From Octopus vulgaris (lineage: Eukaryota), in contig OX597814.1 of the NCBI GenBank assembly GCA_951406725.2, positions 67,580,001 to 67,644,000 on the forward strand: a stretch of DNA of 64,000 nucleotides, read 5' to 3'. This document shows, in pieces, positions 1 to 14,515 of this stretch. The position numbers were made by a program, and so were the translations under genes. The notes under the pieces were generated by a model, which was given only the letters and a program-made list of their open reading frames with translations, had not been told where the DNA came from and did not search any database. How positions within the stretch are numbered: the first letter of the stretch is position 1; each line of letters starts with the position of its first letter.

Positions 1-184
1 CAATAGAAATAAGGTTCGAGTCAACGGAGCGTGCAAGGGAGTACTCGACTCGAACTTGCAAAGTGGAAATATTTTATTTTTACTTTTATATCTGGGACGT
101 AGGACGTCCCGGAAAAAAAATTTAAAATGCCCCCCCCCCCCGAAGTAGAGGTAGGCTGGATTGTAGCGACCCTTCTATTCAAAA

Positions 185-412
185 GAGAGGACAAGATACA
201 ATTGATCGAAATTACAAGAGACGGGCTAACAATTCCAGTCTGTTATATATTTTGAGTATTGTTATCACTAGCGATATCAAGATATAACTTTGTATTTTGT
301 ATTTTATGTTTAGATGTATATATATAGATGTACATGTAATATGTACACATATATATACACATATATACATGCACTAGCACTATGACCCGGCAACGACGGG
401 TCTTTAATGCTA

Positions 413-413
<1 letters not shown>
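185..413 (+). mobile_element. non-autonomous Helitron 3' end
   Basis: GC hairpin gacccg-gcaacga-cgggtc followed after 7 nt by CTAG then T. The 5' boundary is approximate. Confidence 0.55.
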
Positions 414-463
<50 letters not shown>

Positions 464-2511
464 AGTAAATATAAGGATAAGCAAGATAAAGTGTTACACT
501 TTTCTTCAACCCCTTTAATTCTTGATATCATTTCTATTCTGTGTATGTCGGACTTGTTTGTATGTAAGCATATATACATCTTTTGCATTTAATGTATTAA
601 ATATTCTTTTTTTTATCGACCTACCTAGCTTACTTATCCCTACATTTACTCCTCTACTCGCTCAAGTTTAAACCTTTTGAACACTACTAAGTGTATTCTA
701 TACGGAGAATATCTGATTCTAATTTGTGAACTATTGTTTACCTTAGAGATGCTTTGAACTGAATGTAAGTCGATGTCTTTAAAACATAAGTTACTGGGAA
801 GGGGACTGCAGAGAATTCATGATTTCTTGAAGAAGGATATGGAGGGGCGGTCGATAATAGCAGATTCAAACGTGAATATACTAATTGTTGTTGTATTTCG
901 TCGTTGATGAACAATTTCTCCTTTCAGATGTACGTGTGTTCATAAAACCCTCAGTTCATTAGAATAAGAGCACTTTGGGGCACCTGGTGCTTCTACATCC
1001 TAGTGTCTCTTCAGTCAAAGCCAACCTGGACTAATAGATGTAACAAATGTTCAAGGCTCTTGTTTATAACTTTAGCAATCATTCACGTTTGAATCTGCCC
1101 ATAACATATTAAGAATGAATATGCAAACCACTGTTTAATTCTCGCTGTTCACTGTGCACTTGTTTTATTATTATTATTAGTGTAAAAATATCAGCATGTA
1201 TCAGTAAATAATTTATTTACTGAAGTTATAAACATGAGCCACAAACTCTTGTTAAATTCTTTATCCAGAAGTACCTTTGGCTGAGGAGATATACCAGATC
1301 CCTTTACGCTAAGGAGAAGTTGTTTTCCACTGACGGGGCATACGTAGATAACCGAGGTGAAGGTATATAGAACCCATGCCGAAAAGTTGTACTTTATTTT
1401 TCTAAAATATTATGAAAAAATATTTATAAAATTTTATATAATTTTGAACTTAAACCTTGTTATTAAAACAAATGGACGATAACTAAGTTTTCGACATGAT
1501 AAATGTGAGAGACACTGACTTTGGTATGCACTGGAATAAAATTATATCCTATATTTCGAAATTTGACTTCATTAAATCCTTGAATTTCTAACCTCATGCA
1601 ACATCTTCCTCATATTCCTTATTTATTCTCTTCTGCATGTCCTCTTACAAAGGTTCTGCTTTATGTTTTGATAACAAGTCTTAACTTAAAAAAATAGAAG
1701 TCTCAATGTCTTACTTTTCAGTAAGACACACATGTTTTGATCGCTATCGTACTAAATTTTGTCGCCCAACCTTTTATTGCATTATTAGTTAGAGTTTCTT
1801 ATATGAGTGTTTGTTTTTTTTCTTTTTCTTCATATACATTCCACATTTAAGTTGGGTACTGTTTTGGGCGTGCTCGTTTTCTGCCGCGCGCAGAGTGTTC
1901 ACATACATACGTTCTATTTAGGTAATCTGCATAATCCTGAAATCGTTGACATCATTATCCTTTTCCTTATCCAGCCGATCCCACAATATTTATAAAGAAT
2001 TAATCCCACAATATTTATAAAGAATTAGTGGGATAAAAACAGACAACTGCATTGTCTTCTTCATTAAATTAGATGAGGAATTCAACCTCTAACATAACTG
2101 ATGATCGAAGACCTTCTATATTTGGAATTTGAAATGTTCTTGCTGTTCCTTTAAGATTTTGTAAAATGGCAAAGTGATTATCTTCTCATTTATGCTGCAT
2201 GGAAACGTAAACAAGCGAAAATACCGCCCCTACCACTTCTCCATGCATTTTCGAAGATAATAAAACATTTCTGAGACTACTTGACAGGTTGCGTAAATAT
2301 ACCAGATACATGACGCAAGAAGTAACGGAAATTGTTGTTAATAGTAAATATAATGAAACTGTTTTTTGTGTCTTATGTTAATGTTTTGTAAAGGAAAGCG
2401 AGGACTTGATACTATTATGGGTATGAACATTTTTGCCACAACCGTTTTGGGGCAGTTTATTTCGCATCGTTGATCCGACGCTGTCTTATTTAGTATGAGA
2501 CGACTTAATGC

Positions 2512-2627
<116 letters not shown>

Positions 2628-2866
2628 GTATGTGTACATTTCTGTGCAAGTGTGTGCTTGCCTCCGGCTCCACAATGTACTGTCGTCATAGCAAGCTGAA
2701 TGTCCAGGCAACTATGCCAATTTGTCTCATTCTGTACTATTTTCTCATAAAATGAAACTACAAATCTGTCATGTTTTGGGAGATTACTCGTCCACATTAA
2801 AATCCGACTCCCATTTATCAAACGCCGCAGTGATTGGGGTTCGAGTAATGCTGATATAGCTGAGTC

Positions 2867-2956
2867 ATGTATATATTCAGAAGGCCCTCCCATATGAGTA
2901 CAACAGGTTGTGTCGCCGTCAGTTCAACAACTTCGAATTTGAACTTTAATATAAGG
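2867..2956 (+). CDS. candidate first coding exon of the calmodulin-like gene (MYIFRRPSHMSTTG...NIR)
   Basis: ATG-started frame ending at AGG|gtaaag in phase 0, compatible with exon 4654. No homology support. Confidence 0.25.
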
Positions 2957-4653
2957 GTAAAGTACTGCAGCTTCTTAATATGGCATGTGCTTCTATTCCT
3001 TGATTATTTCCAGTTCACAGTCTTACTGAAACTGCTCAACCAGTACATGTTTTCCTTTCATAGTATTTTCAGTAAGATTTATTCTTACTTCTATCTACTA
3101 TGTTAAAAAAAAAAGTTATCGTAAAGTAGCTTATCTTTGTTTCATAGTAGGATTATAAATTTGGATTGTGTTGTGAGTAGGAAAAATTATTTACTTATGA
3201 AATATTACAATAAATGTCAAGAATTCAAACCCTCAGCACTTTCTATTTATTAACTTTAATTTTCAATATTCACTTTTATTTTCAGTTTTTTGGATTACAC
3301 TACTGACAATTGTTTCAAATATGTAGTTATGTTGTTTAATTGACCGTCACTTAGTTACACTGTCGTCTAATTGGCCGTCGGGCAGTCAAGCTATCTTTTG
3401 ACTGTTCTGCACTTGTTTGGTTTCAGTTGAACCTAATTGTCACTCGGCTGGTTATCACCCAAATTTCTGTCGCTGAATCGGGAAACTTGAACTTGATACA
3501 CACAAGCACACACACGTGCGCACACTCACGCGCACGCACATCATTATGTATATTTCTCTCAGTTACTATGCATATCCCTGTTAGCTAATCATCGTTCAAC
3601 TAATTATAATGAACGTTGTCTATCTAGCTAAATCATTTACGAAAATGTCAATTGATCAAATTACACCACATATAAAAAAATATAATACAATAAAAGAAAG
3701 GGGAAATTGAAAATACGATGCCATTTTACCGTGACTAATCTGGTGTGTAGGGAATAGTCACGCACAAACTAGTGACACATTGTATTTTGTAGTTTTCTTT
3801 CCGACGAAGTTTCAATGCGATGAATTTAAAAGGATAAAGGATCGGTTCAATGTGGAAATGAGATAAGAGAAAACAAGTGGAATAATAATCTGCTTAATTA
3901 GAACTGTTCTGGGTTAAACAACAGTAACCAGTTCACACTACATGACCCAAGAGTCAGAAAAAAATTATGCGAGTTAATTGCTCATTAACACTGGTGTTTC
4001 AATGTTAACATGGGTGCCATAATTTCTTGTTTTCGCATCTAACACATTAAACTGTCGCACTAATTGCAGGAGTGTTAGAATTAGTCAAGCACGAATTAAA
4101 AGCTTCAGAGTATTTTTTTAGTTTTGTGTGTGTGTTATTTCTGTATATCTTCAAGTTTTGTGGAGGGGGGAGGGAATTAAAGTGCCGGTAATTTTGAAGT
4201 TATAGCATCCACGCCTTCCCTATGCTAACAGGATAAAGAAGGGTTATTGTGTCGTCAGTAAAAGAAATGGCTAACGTTTTGTTCAAAAGGTTTCATTGGA
4301 TGAAACGTTGAATATTTTATCCTACGGAGCACTAATGTGTCTACGTTTCGGTGTAGTCACTTGATTTGCTAGACATAGCAACCAAATCCCCTTCAATACA
4401 CGCCCAGCAATCTAAAAAAGAAAAAAGAGAATGTTAGAATGAGAACTGTAGTATTTCATATACTATGTTTGAAAAATTAAATACGGGATGATCTTCGCTG
4501 AGTTATAAACCTGCTCGATTAGGTCTAAACTAGTACAACGTAGTTTATTCGAATTTTAATAATTAAATAACCAAATCAGGTAATTATTTTATTGGGTTAT
4601 ATAATATATTCCAATCAAATTATATCTATTTCTTAATGTATTTGGTGTTTCAG

Positions 4654-4732
4654 GAAAATGAAGAGATTGGCACTAAGGAAGCCATGTACATCATTGGTGA
4701 AAAGCATGGCTTTTCCAAAGAAAGAACACGAG
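4654..4732 (+). CDS. calmodulin-like EF-hand protein, coding exon A (ENEEIGTKEAMYIIGEKHGFSKERTR)
   Basis: tttcag|GAA acceptor and CGAG|gtgagt donor. The phase-1 junction joins in frame to exon 12111 at the position of the conserved calmodulin intron. There is an in-frame ATG at 4684. Confidence 0.75.
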
Positions 4733-5863
4733 GTGAGTTATTAACAGAGAAAGGGAGACATTGATATTCTGTCAAATTTGAGACTGCCGAGACAAAAATA
4801 CACCCCTAGAGCTTTTAGCTCTAACTTGCCTGGGTTTGAGTATTATTAACTTTATCAATCAAGTCTTGGGAAACATAAAAAAAATATGGGTGCACTCCTT
4901 TTTTCTCTCGATGAAAAAAGTGGGATGTTTTTTTTCTAAGAAAGCAATGGAAAAGTGCCAAAAAGTTTATGTTTTTTTTTTGAAGAAGTTTAGCATAAAG
5001 AATGCATCGAAAAAATATTAATAATACAAGGTGTGAGATTACAATGGCATATGAGGACTGTAAGAAAAATATAATACGTTGCCACGCAAATAATTTTGGT
5101 GGATACGAGATTGAACCTATAGGGGCTGTAGCAGGGGGAACAGAAATCACTCGCTTTGATCTACTTATAAAAATGTTTTGACTAGATGGCAGTAAAGTTA
5201 GAGAATTACTTGTATCTCGTGACGTGGAGTTAAATGATGAAAACTTAATAAATTTAGAGCAGCAACGAATTTATGGTATGGACAATGGACAAGATGGAAC
5301 AGACGAAACTATGACGCAAACAAAATAATTCTCCGGCAAAGATCTCGACGCTACATTTAGGATCTTTAAGAATTAAAGCAGATAATAATGATTGCAGATC
5401 CGAATGTAGATAGGATAATGTAAGTCAAAAGATAAATTAAAATTGCAGTTGACTGTTCAATGAAGATAGAGAAACCAAGACAATCATTCTTTTTACAATA
5501 TTAAGAGAACAATATTTTTTTTTTCCATGTACTGACACCAGTCAAAATGTGACAAATCGATGTCAACTGAAAAAGGAAAGAATTTTACTTCATTTGCAGA
5601 AAATTTTGATGGCATCAATCTCAGAAGGAGACCCACAAGGATTGTTTTATTTGGGTCAAAGGATCAGTGGGAATGTTTTACAAAAGATAGAGAGCGCAAC
5701 TTGTCTTCAAGATTTCTAAATAAATAAAGCTCGAAAATGTAAAAAAGTATAAAATCTTGTGCTTCTAATCAAAATATTTAGAAATTATAGGATCATAGAT
5801 TTATATTTATATGAAAAGACAAGCAATAGATTTTTGCCTTATATATATATATATACACTAACA

Positions 5864-5920
<57 letters not shown>

Positions 5921-7639
5921 TATTAAATGTATATTATATGTATATTACACCAAGTGTAAAACAAAAACACGCAGATTTAGACAGGAAAAGGATGGATGTG
6001 TAATCATCATAGCAGGTTGAGTTATGAACATAGGCAATGGTCTAAGTTTATTAACATATGTGGTCTCAGCTTACAAAACAGTCTTGCCGTTTTGTCTTTT
6101 AAGCAAAAACAAAAGGCGCTTTTGTTGTCTATTCATACAAGGTTAGAATTTCAACTAGTTTGTTTAGGATAAGAGATAATAATTTGCTAAAAATATGTGT
6201 GCACTTACATAAATGATTAACCACCCCCACACTAAATTTATAAGTTTCGATAAGGATAATGGCAGTAAATATAAAGAGTCAGAGTTGAAGTCCAACCAGC
6301 GCCGTATTTGCTTTTTTATCCCTGTAGAGTCGATAAAATATGCATCAATTATATAGTCATGTCAATGTAATCAAATATACATTCCCACAAAATTTATGAC
6401 CCGACGTTAATATAAGAAATCAATGAAATCAATATTTAATTACGCCCCTTAGTGTTCTGAATTCAAATCTTGCCAAGGTGGACTTAGCTTTTCGTTCCTT
6501 TCTGAACTGTGTTTGATAAAATAAGTAACAATAATTATAGTGGACACTAAAAACTTTTAAAATTACATTCATAATCAGGACTAATCAAGAGTAATTGAAA
6601 ATGCAATGGGCAATGAATGTGCTCATCAGCGGCACTGGGACAATGCTGGACGTGTTGACGGGTTAGAACGCATAAATGAATCATAGCTTAGTCATTATTA
6701 TGAAATATTAGAGCATGTAAATGAACACTGGCGTTATAACTAAAAAATAATGAACGGTGGTAGGGCGTGGTAATATTCATTCTCAAAAATCCTATAAGCT
6801 TCTTCAGTATTCTAAGGTCTGGTGATAACGGTTAGACTATGTTTCACTGACGAGCTCTAATTCAACAGAAACATGCCCGGAGTTGTGATTATATTGACAA
6901 AAGTCAGACTTAAACTCACTTCAAAGTATTATTTATATAGCTTGTCTCCCCAGAGTGTGCAATTTCAGTGAATATTCTCGAATCATTGCATCAAGTATGA
7001 CCCTGTCGCAAACTGTTCCATAAGTATTAATCAAATACCGGAGTCTCTTATTTTGACTACAAACATTCTACTGAATTTCGGGTTTTGTGCAACTGTAAGA
7101 AATTAATGTTTGTGAATCTATTTGCACGAGAAATAATAGTTATATGAGTGAGCACCTATTTATCACACGGGTTAAATATATATATATATATATCTAAATT
7201 TCATATAAATATAAATCTGTGATCCTATTATTACTAAATATTTTGAGTAGAAGCACAGGATTTTATACTTTTTTTTACATGTTCGAGCTTTATTTATTTA
7301 GAAATCTTGAAGAAGAGTTGCGCTCCCTATCTTTTGTAAAAAATCCCACTAATCCTTTGACCCAAATAAAACAATCCTTGTGATTTTGCAAATGAACTAT
7401 CCACAGAAGTTAGTCTCTTTTCGAACCAACGAAAATATAGAACTTCTTAGCTATACATCTATATGACTCACTCATCTCAATGGTTATACAACTTATTCTC
7501 TGGTGCTTGTCATCTTTCGGCCCTAATGATAAGGATGGGTGGATAATGCGCATTACGTAAGACAATAGCACTGGAAAAGTATATGGTTAGTACCCTCTAG
7601 CAACATCACCTAAAGCAGACATGGAGTATAAATAATTTA

Positions 7640-8530
7640 CAAGGTTTTCAGAGGTGAATATGTAGGACATGATTACAATGTAATGTATAGGGATGGTGGG
7701 GCTGGAATGTGTAGGGGTGGGGTAAAGAGGGAAGGGGTGACGATGAAGGGAGAGGGTGGGTAGGAAGTAGGTGCCAGAGCAAGAGAGGAGAGGTGGGTGG
7801 GAGGAAGTAGGTGTGAGAGGAAGAGAGGAGGAGGTTAGATGAAGCAGGGAGGAGAGTTGAGCCCACGTGGCACAAAGGAGCGAAGAAAGAAGATTAATCC
7901 CTGCTTACGGCGAAGACAGGGATCCACATGGCCCCTGAGCAAGGACAATCCGAACACAGACGGGTGTTGTAAAGAGTGACCGGTAGAGCGGAAATGGCCC
8001 GAAACCGGGGTGTCGTTGCCGAGTCAGATGTCTCGGAGGTGTTCCACGCACGAACCGGTCAGCCAAGCGGCGTCCAGTTTGACCGATGTATAGAGAAGGA
8101 CAGAGAGAGCAGGAGATGCAGTAGATGACGTTGCTAGAAATGCAGGTGAAGGAGTCAGTGATATGATAGGGTCGATGATGGGTGCCTGTGAGGAGAGTAG
8201 TGTTGGAGAGGTAAGGTCAAGTGCGGCAGCGTGTGCGGGAGCAGGAGAACGAGCCGAGTTGGGAGGTTGGATTAGGGATGAAGCTGTAGACCAAGAGGTC
8301 TCGTAGGTTGTGGGCTCGTTTGAAGGAAGGGAGGAGTCGGTTAAGGAAGATGTGCGAAGTGGAGGGGTCGGACTGGAGTCGCCGGAAGGCTCGGAGAATG
8401 GTGCGTTTGAGAGGTAGGGTGGGAGATGAGGGGAAACGGGAGACGGATGACGGTGGGGCGGGTGCGGGGGTGAGAGAGCAAATAGGTCATATGGGGCTGA
8501 ACCAGAAAGCACGTGGTTGAAAAACAAGCT
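7640..8530 (-). mobile_element. Penelope-like retroelement fragment (GIY-YIG endonuclease region)
   Basis: Frameshifted LYIGQTGRRLADRF-like ...EHLRDI...VSGHFRSTGHSL...LIF motifs on the - strand, with an adjacent low-complexity tract. Boundaries approximate. Confidence 0.7.
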
Positions 8531-8717
8531 TCTTAACCGAAACCACAATTGATTTTCACATGCTTGTAGTGTTTGAAAGAAACAGTATAGATTAAATCGA
8601 CGCCTGTATGTGACGCACTGTTTCAAACATCCACCACATAGGAAGGATGTAAAAATCAGTGTCAAAGAAATGATTTCTTATCAGAATATAAGATAGAAGA
8701 GAGTATGGCACACAGTT

Positions 8718-8754
<37 letters not shown>

Positions 8755-10847
8755 GGAGGGAGAGAAAAAAGAAAGAGAGAGGGAGAAAGATAAAGCGAGA
8801 GTGAGGAGAATGAAAGAGTGTGTTTCACAAATAGTTAAAATGTAGAAATTTTATGCTTTCTTCACTTTTTCCTGGCCCAAAGTACTTAGAATTGCACAAA
8901 GCAAAGTTGTCCTGTGACCTAATTATTCGAGCGTAGCAGCTGAAAAGATTTATATTTTTGACCTTAATTAAGATACAGGACTGTTGAAAACACTAAGCAT
9001 TGTACTCCCTCTCTTTCTATAAACTGATGGTCTGGGGAAGAAGTAATTAACAACTAAATAAAAGCAACAGCAGCGTTAAATTTAGTAGGACGTGAATAAG
9101 TGATGAGTAGTGGTAAAGATCAATTCCTTTTCTGTTTTCAGTTCACATCCTTACGAAGACAACGATGATGAAATATACACTAATAATACATTGGAATCAG
9201 TTCTGTTGTCTGAAGTCCGCACACACACACACACACACACAATTACTGACCATGCGGAACAATGGTTTGTAATTGTGGTTGATGAAAATATTTTTAGTAG
9301 TGCTTGTAGTTGTAGCTAAGTAATAATGGCATAGGAGAAAGCAGTGGGTGTCAGCCTGAGTAGAATGATAAACAATTCAATATTTTGTGGTATTTAGTTA
9401 TGTTCCTTTTCGTTCTGAGCTCAATAAAATTCCACCAAGTACAAATTTACTTTTCATTCTTCTGAAGGCAATGAAATATTTATAATAATATTCGTCCGCC
9501 GTTGTCGATGATGACCAAAACATCATGTGGGAGAAGATGGATCGCGAGCATCCGATGTGTGCTGGGAAGGTTCTGCTGCAGGTCAGGAACTGATGATCTG
9601 CTGGGAATGAAGGCAAAAGGTTGACTCTGGACTTGCACAGCTCAGGGGGTGGTGTGTGCTCCTGCGAGCTTATTCGGTTCGTAGGTGACACCTCTGTTGA
9701 TGCAGCTACACCAGGCAGGCTGGTTCTGTGCTTGCAAATAAAGCACTTACCAATTACTTGACAAGTTGATGCTAGAATTTGCAAAGCATCAGATAGAACA
9801 TTTCCTGTATGTAGTTATGAAGCTTACGTCAAACTTCGGCGATTGGGTCAACCAAAATAAGTAACTCTTCGCGCACTTCGTAGCGATCATCATTAATATT
9901 ATTTAGAGGGTGTTGAAGAGGTAGAATCGGTAGGTCACTGGTCAAAATGCCTTGAGGTATTTAGTTACGTCATTTTAAGTTCTGAGTTCAAATCACAACA
10001 CAGTCTACCAGTATCTATAAAATTACTGGCAATTATTTACTAGAGTAGACTCAATTGACTATGTTTTTCCTACACAGCTTTGACATTCTTCATATTTGCT
10101 CAGTAAAATATGACAGTGACATTAGACTCTAATTGCTCCCCTTCAAACAATGTCTTAAGTCAATGTAAGGCATCGTTAACACCATTCACACTTATCAAAC
10201 ATGAAGTAGACTTCTCCCAGTTTGCGCATATTATATAAATTTTATACTGCTATAATGTACTATGCTTTGCGGGAGATGGCAGGGAAGTAGTCATTGATGA
10301 GAATGAGACAGATCTTTTTCTGTCCGCAGAGAGAGAATGTTTGAGGTGTAATCACTAAGTTTGCTAAAAACTCGAACAATTAAGCCTTGCTTTACATTTC
10401 AAATTGTCCTAAACAAATGCTGAAAAATGAACTGCTAATTAATTACCTAATTACATTGCCAGTACTTGCTTCACCGTGCAGTTTAGACAATTGAATTCTA
10501 TCCAAGTTTGTGTATACTATAAACATCTACAGGCTATTGATCTTTCTGCGGGTAGAAAGTATATAAGCAATCTCTGCTGAGTGATTGAATTACTGGGCAC
10601 AGAGAGAAAAAAAGCCAGTCATGTAACCACATGATTTACTTTAGAAAACACACAAATATTATTTACCTTACATTTCAAATTATCTTTAATAAACGTTGTA
10701 TAGCACTGTATGAATCTTTCTCCTTTGTCACCTCACCAGCTAACTTTATGTCTGTCAAAATTTCTTGCCAATAGAATAAGAGCCGGCTTCTAACCTAGAT
10801 CCAAGGCCTCTTCACTGGAATTTCAGCATCAACGACAGGGTATTTTT

Positions 10848-11372
10848 GTATGTATGTATGTATGTATGTATGCATGTATGTATGTATGTATGTATGTATG
10901 TATGTATGTATGTATGTATGTATGTATGTATTTATGTATGTATGTATGTATGTATGTATGTATGTATGTATGTATGTATGTGTGTAGATTTGTATGTTTT
11001 GTTATATGTGTGTATTCTCATGCATATAGTTGCATATATAGACATTGCTCATATATATTTAAATGATAAACGTCTTGAAGGCTTAACAGATTTTTGCAGT
11101 TACAATGATGGATTGGATCTGTAGTCTTCGAATTAGCTTTCTTCTTTCTGGTTTTGAGAAGCCTAATTTCTCAAGATTGGTATTAAGGCAGTGTGTTACA
11201 TATCTCAGAGCCTCAATAATCGCAGGTATAAACATGAATTTGTAATCTGGATAGAGTAAATGCAGATTTCTCAATAGTTCAGCGTGTATGTATGTATGTA
11301 TGTATGTATGTATGTATGTATGTATGTATGTATGTATGTATGTATGTATGTATGTATGTATGTGTGTGTGTG

Positions 11373-11403
<31 letters not shown>

Positions 11404-11434
11404 GTAAGTAAGTATGTATGTATGTATGTATGCA
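10848..11434. repeat. two (TATG)n tracts
   Basis: 10848-10980 and 11286-11434. Confidence 0.9.
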
Positions 11435-11436
11435 TG

Positions 11437-11759
11437 TGACGCGTGGCTTAGTGGTTGGGATATTCGATTGACGAATGGAAGGTCGTGAGTTCAATTCCCG
11501 GCGACGCGTTGTGTCCTTCAGCAAGATACTTTATTTTCACATTGCTCCAATCCACTCAGCTGGCAAAATGAGTAGTACATGTACTTCAAAGGACCAGCCT
11601 TGTCACACTCCGTCTCACGCTGAATCTCCTTGAGAACTACGTTATGGGTACACTTGTCTGTGGAGTGCTCAACCACTTGTACGTTAATTTCACGAGCAGG
11701 CTGTTGCGTTGATCGTATCAGCTGGGACCCTTGTCGTCGTAAAGGACGGAGTGCTCTTT
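11437..11759 (+). mobile_element. tRNA-derived SINE
   Basis: A box TGGCTTAGTGG, B box GTTCAATTCC, and a conserved central domain (gtgtccttcagcaagatact); flanked by (TATG)n. Confidence 0.8.
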
Positions 11760-11907
11760 TATGTATGTATGTTTGTATACGTGTGTGTATATATGTATGT
11801 AGGTGTGTGTGTGTGTATTTGCGGAAGCAAGAAGAATGCTTATCACGTATTATAGAGTTTTAACCTTATACAACAGAAACACACACGCACGCACATTCAC
11901 ACACTCA

Positions 11908-11954
<47 letters not shown>

Positions 11955-11978
11955 TGTGTGAAACTATGCAGAAACTTG

Positions 11979-12024
<46 letters not shown>

Positions 12025-12110
12025 CAAGTTTCTGCATAGTTTCCATCATATTCTCATAATGTCACTAAAAGAAAAGTTTATTGATTAAAAAATACTTTTA
12101 TATTTTTCAG

Positions 12111-12254
12111 AGCTCTATGACAGTTTTTCGCTTTTTGATCGAAATGGGGATGGTGTGATCAGTATAGATGAACTTGGAACAGTAATGATGTCACTAGGTC
12201 AAAGACCCACGAGAGACGAGTTACGGGCCTTGCTTCACAGCGTCGATATGAACC
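12111..12254 (+). CDS. calmodulin-like protein exon B (EF-hand 1 and start of EF-hand 2)
   Basis: ttttcag|AG...C|gtaagt; 144 nt, the same size as the canonical CaM exon. Encodes ELYDSFSLFDRNGDGVISIDELGTVMMSLGQRPTRDELRALLHSVDMN. Confidence 0.95.
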
Positions 12255-13953
12255 GTAAGTAAAAATTCCTTTGTGTTGCTTTTAAATCCTGCATTGTTTT
12301 CTACATAGCTTTTCATTCCTCTGAAGCCAATAAAAGATGAACCAGACGCACTACACTATCGCTACAAAATAGCATTGTTCCAATACGAAAGAAATACAAG
12401 TATTATGGCAGTATTTTGTTTACTGTCGCTGATGTTAATCCTGTGTTTGCCCAAATCCAAACTTTTGTTCATAGTTTTCCAGCCGCGACTATCCTGTCTT
12501 TCTCTTTTGTGCAAGAAATCTAGAACTACATAATCTAATATGGTTTGTGGGGTGTGATTTGAGAGAGATTTGGTTGCTATTTCTAGCAGATTAAATGAGC
12601 CCTTGTAAGCTTCTTTTTTGTAGATGTTGTAATGGTAGTTTTGGGTATCATTCTTTTCAAAACCACTTCACCTAGAAATTTTTAATATTGACACAAGGTT
12701 ACAAAGGTATTACAAGAGAGAAGAACAGATAACATTTAGCACCGTTTTGGTACATATGATAAACAGACAGAATGGGTCATTGAAGTATTTGAACATGTCG
12801 ACATATTCCATCTCAATCACAATTTTTTAATTAATTATTTTTAACTAAACAGTTTGAAACTTCGAATACTGGTAGAATTTCTCAGCGTTTTTGACAAAAA
12901 ATCGTATTTTAGAAGTTATTTCGTGTTAAAGCTGTCGTATTTGGGTAATTTCAGCCAATCAACGACGTGTATTCGGTTGAAGGAAGCTACTGTTGTTTGC
13001 AATAGTAATCGAAGAGGAACAACTTCCGGATCTAAATGCCACCACTCTGTTCTATAATAGTTATATAAATGGATGATAGCAATAACACATAGAAATTTTC
13101 CCTCATATGATTTTATACAGTATATATTTTTTAATGTATTTAAGGATCCTTAAACGAGATAGTAATCAAGAAAGATCAAGAAACACGAAAGCCTTATACA
13201 CCCTCCATCCTGAACATATGCAATCTTCCGATTCCTATACGAGATGAAATGAGGAACGTCGATTCTTTTATCCGCTGATTTAGATATTTCGTAAAATTTA
13301 CTAAATGCCTTTTTCTACTCTCGCCTTTGACCCTTTGTTTCAAGTGGCACAAGAAGTTGATTGGAAGACCACCGAGAAAGAAAAACCTTTTGTTTAGCTT
13401 TTCCCCACTTTCAACAATGACGTTTAACCAGAGAAAATTACCTCCCCTTGCAAGACAAATGTTGGCGGCTGGACATTTCAGTAAATTCATATAATAACCA
13501 AATCCTTCCTACCTGCACGAACGGCAGTTTACGCCATTCACTAACATTCCGCTAACCTTTCACATTCTGTTGAAGATTAGCTGAGTGCCACTCACAGTGT
13601 TGTGGTATTTCCATAATTTACTAGTTTACGGGCGAATCGCGAAGTAAATATGCAAATTCATACAAGCATTTTATGTGTAGGCTCATAGAAGACGTATTTT
13701 ATTGGCCAAATCTCTATTATGTTTTCTAAAAAAATCCCTAGTAGCTGTCTATATTTATATCAGTAAGTTTATTGTTTTGTCTTTTAAACTTTTGTTATCT
13801 ATTTGACGTACTTTGTTATTTTCCCCGCTGTTTTCTTTTTCTGGTTCTGTTTTACATTTGGGTTCTGTTTCCATATCTCTTATCAATGTTTTCATTAATC
13901 TCTTATACATTTCATAATTCTACTTTGGAACGTTTGTGGATTCCTACTTCAAG

Positions 13954-14129
13954 ACAGTGGAAACATTGACTTCGGTGAATTTCTGGATATATTTGCTAGA
14001 AAACTGAACATCGATCCTGAAAAAGAATTGTACGAGGTTTTCTGCGTTTTTGACCAAAATAAGGACGGCTTCATTTCAGCTATGGAACTATTTGAAGTTC
14101 TGTCACGACTAGGTGAACATATCACTAAG
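13954..14129 (+). CDS. calmodulin-like protein exon C (EF-hands 2-3)
   Basis: ttcaag|AC...AAG|gttagt. Encodes HSGNIDFGEFLDIFARKLNIDPEKELYEVFCVFDQNKDGFISAMELFEVLSRLGEHITK, in frame with the flanking exons. Confidence 0.93.
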
Positions 14130-14515
14130 GTTAGTTATATCATCTTAGAGGTTTCCTTTGTTTTTCGCACCAATTTATAATTCAAAATAAGTGCACTAAA
14201 ATACTTGAACGCTCTTCTTTCTCTTTCTTTGTTCTCTCTCCCTTACACATACGCTAACACATGTACATATACAAATATTTGTGTGTGTGTATGTGTGTGT
14301 GTATGCGTGCGTGTGTGTATATGTGTGTGTGTGTGTATGTCAGGTCACTGATAAGGCCAAAAGAGACCGAAATCACGTGATCTGGTAGTCCTGGCAGCGG
14401 AAGTAGTGGTGATTTTCTGCCGCTGACGATAACTATGTTGTACGTTAAAACCATATAAGAGTTTTTAGCTCTTGGTAAATATCGCAATATTTGTGTGATC
14501 CGCTTTTAAGTGGTG

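Noticed and set aside
1980-2027. Short tandem duplications (also at 28934-29000 and 63625-63700)
   Set aside because: Ordinary slippage duplications with no further structure.
4985-5500. Possible Tigger/pogo transposase tail
   Set aside because: Too degraded to support a call.
8024-8665. 213-aa Ser/Pro-rich ORF as a host protein
   Set aside because: It is low complexity and overlaps a frameshifted Penelope GIY-YIG remnant.
11437-11510. tRNA genes (also at about 32085-32150, 33310-33381 and 53480-53539)
   Set aside because: A/B boxes are present but there is no proper cloverleaf, and they continue into repeat bodies.
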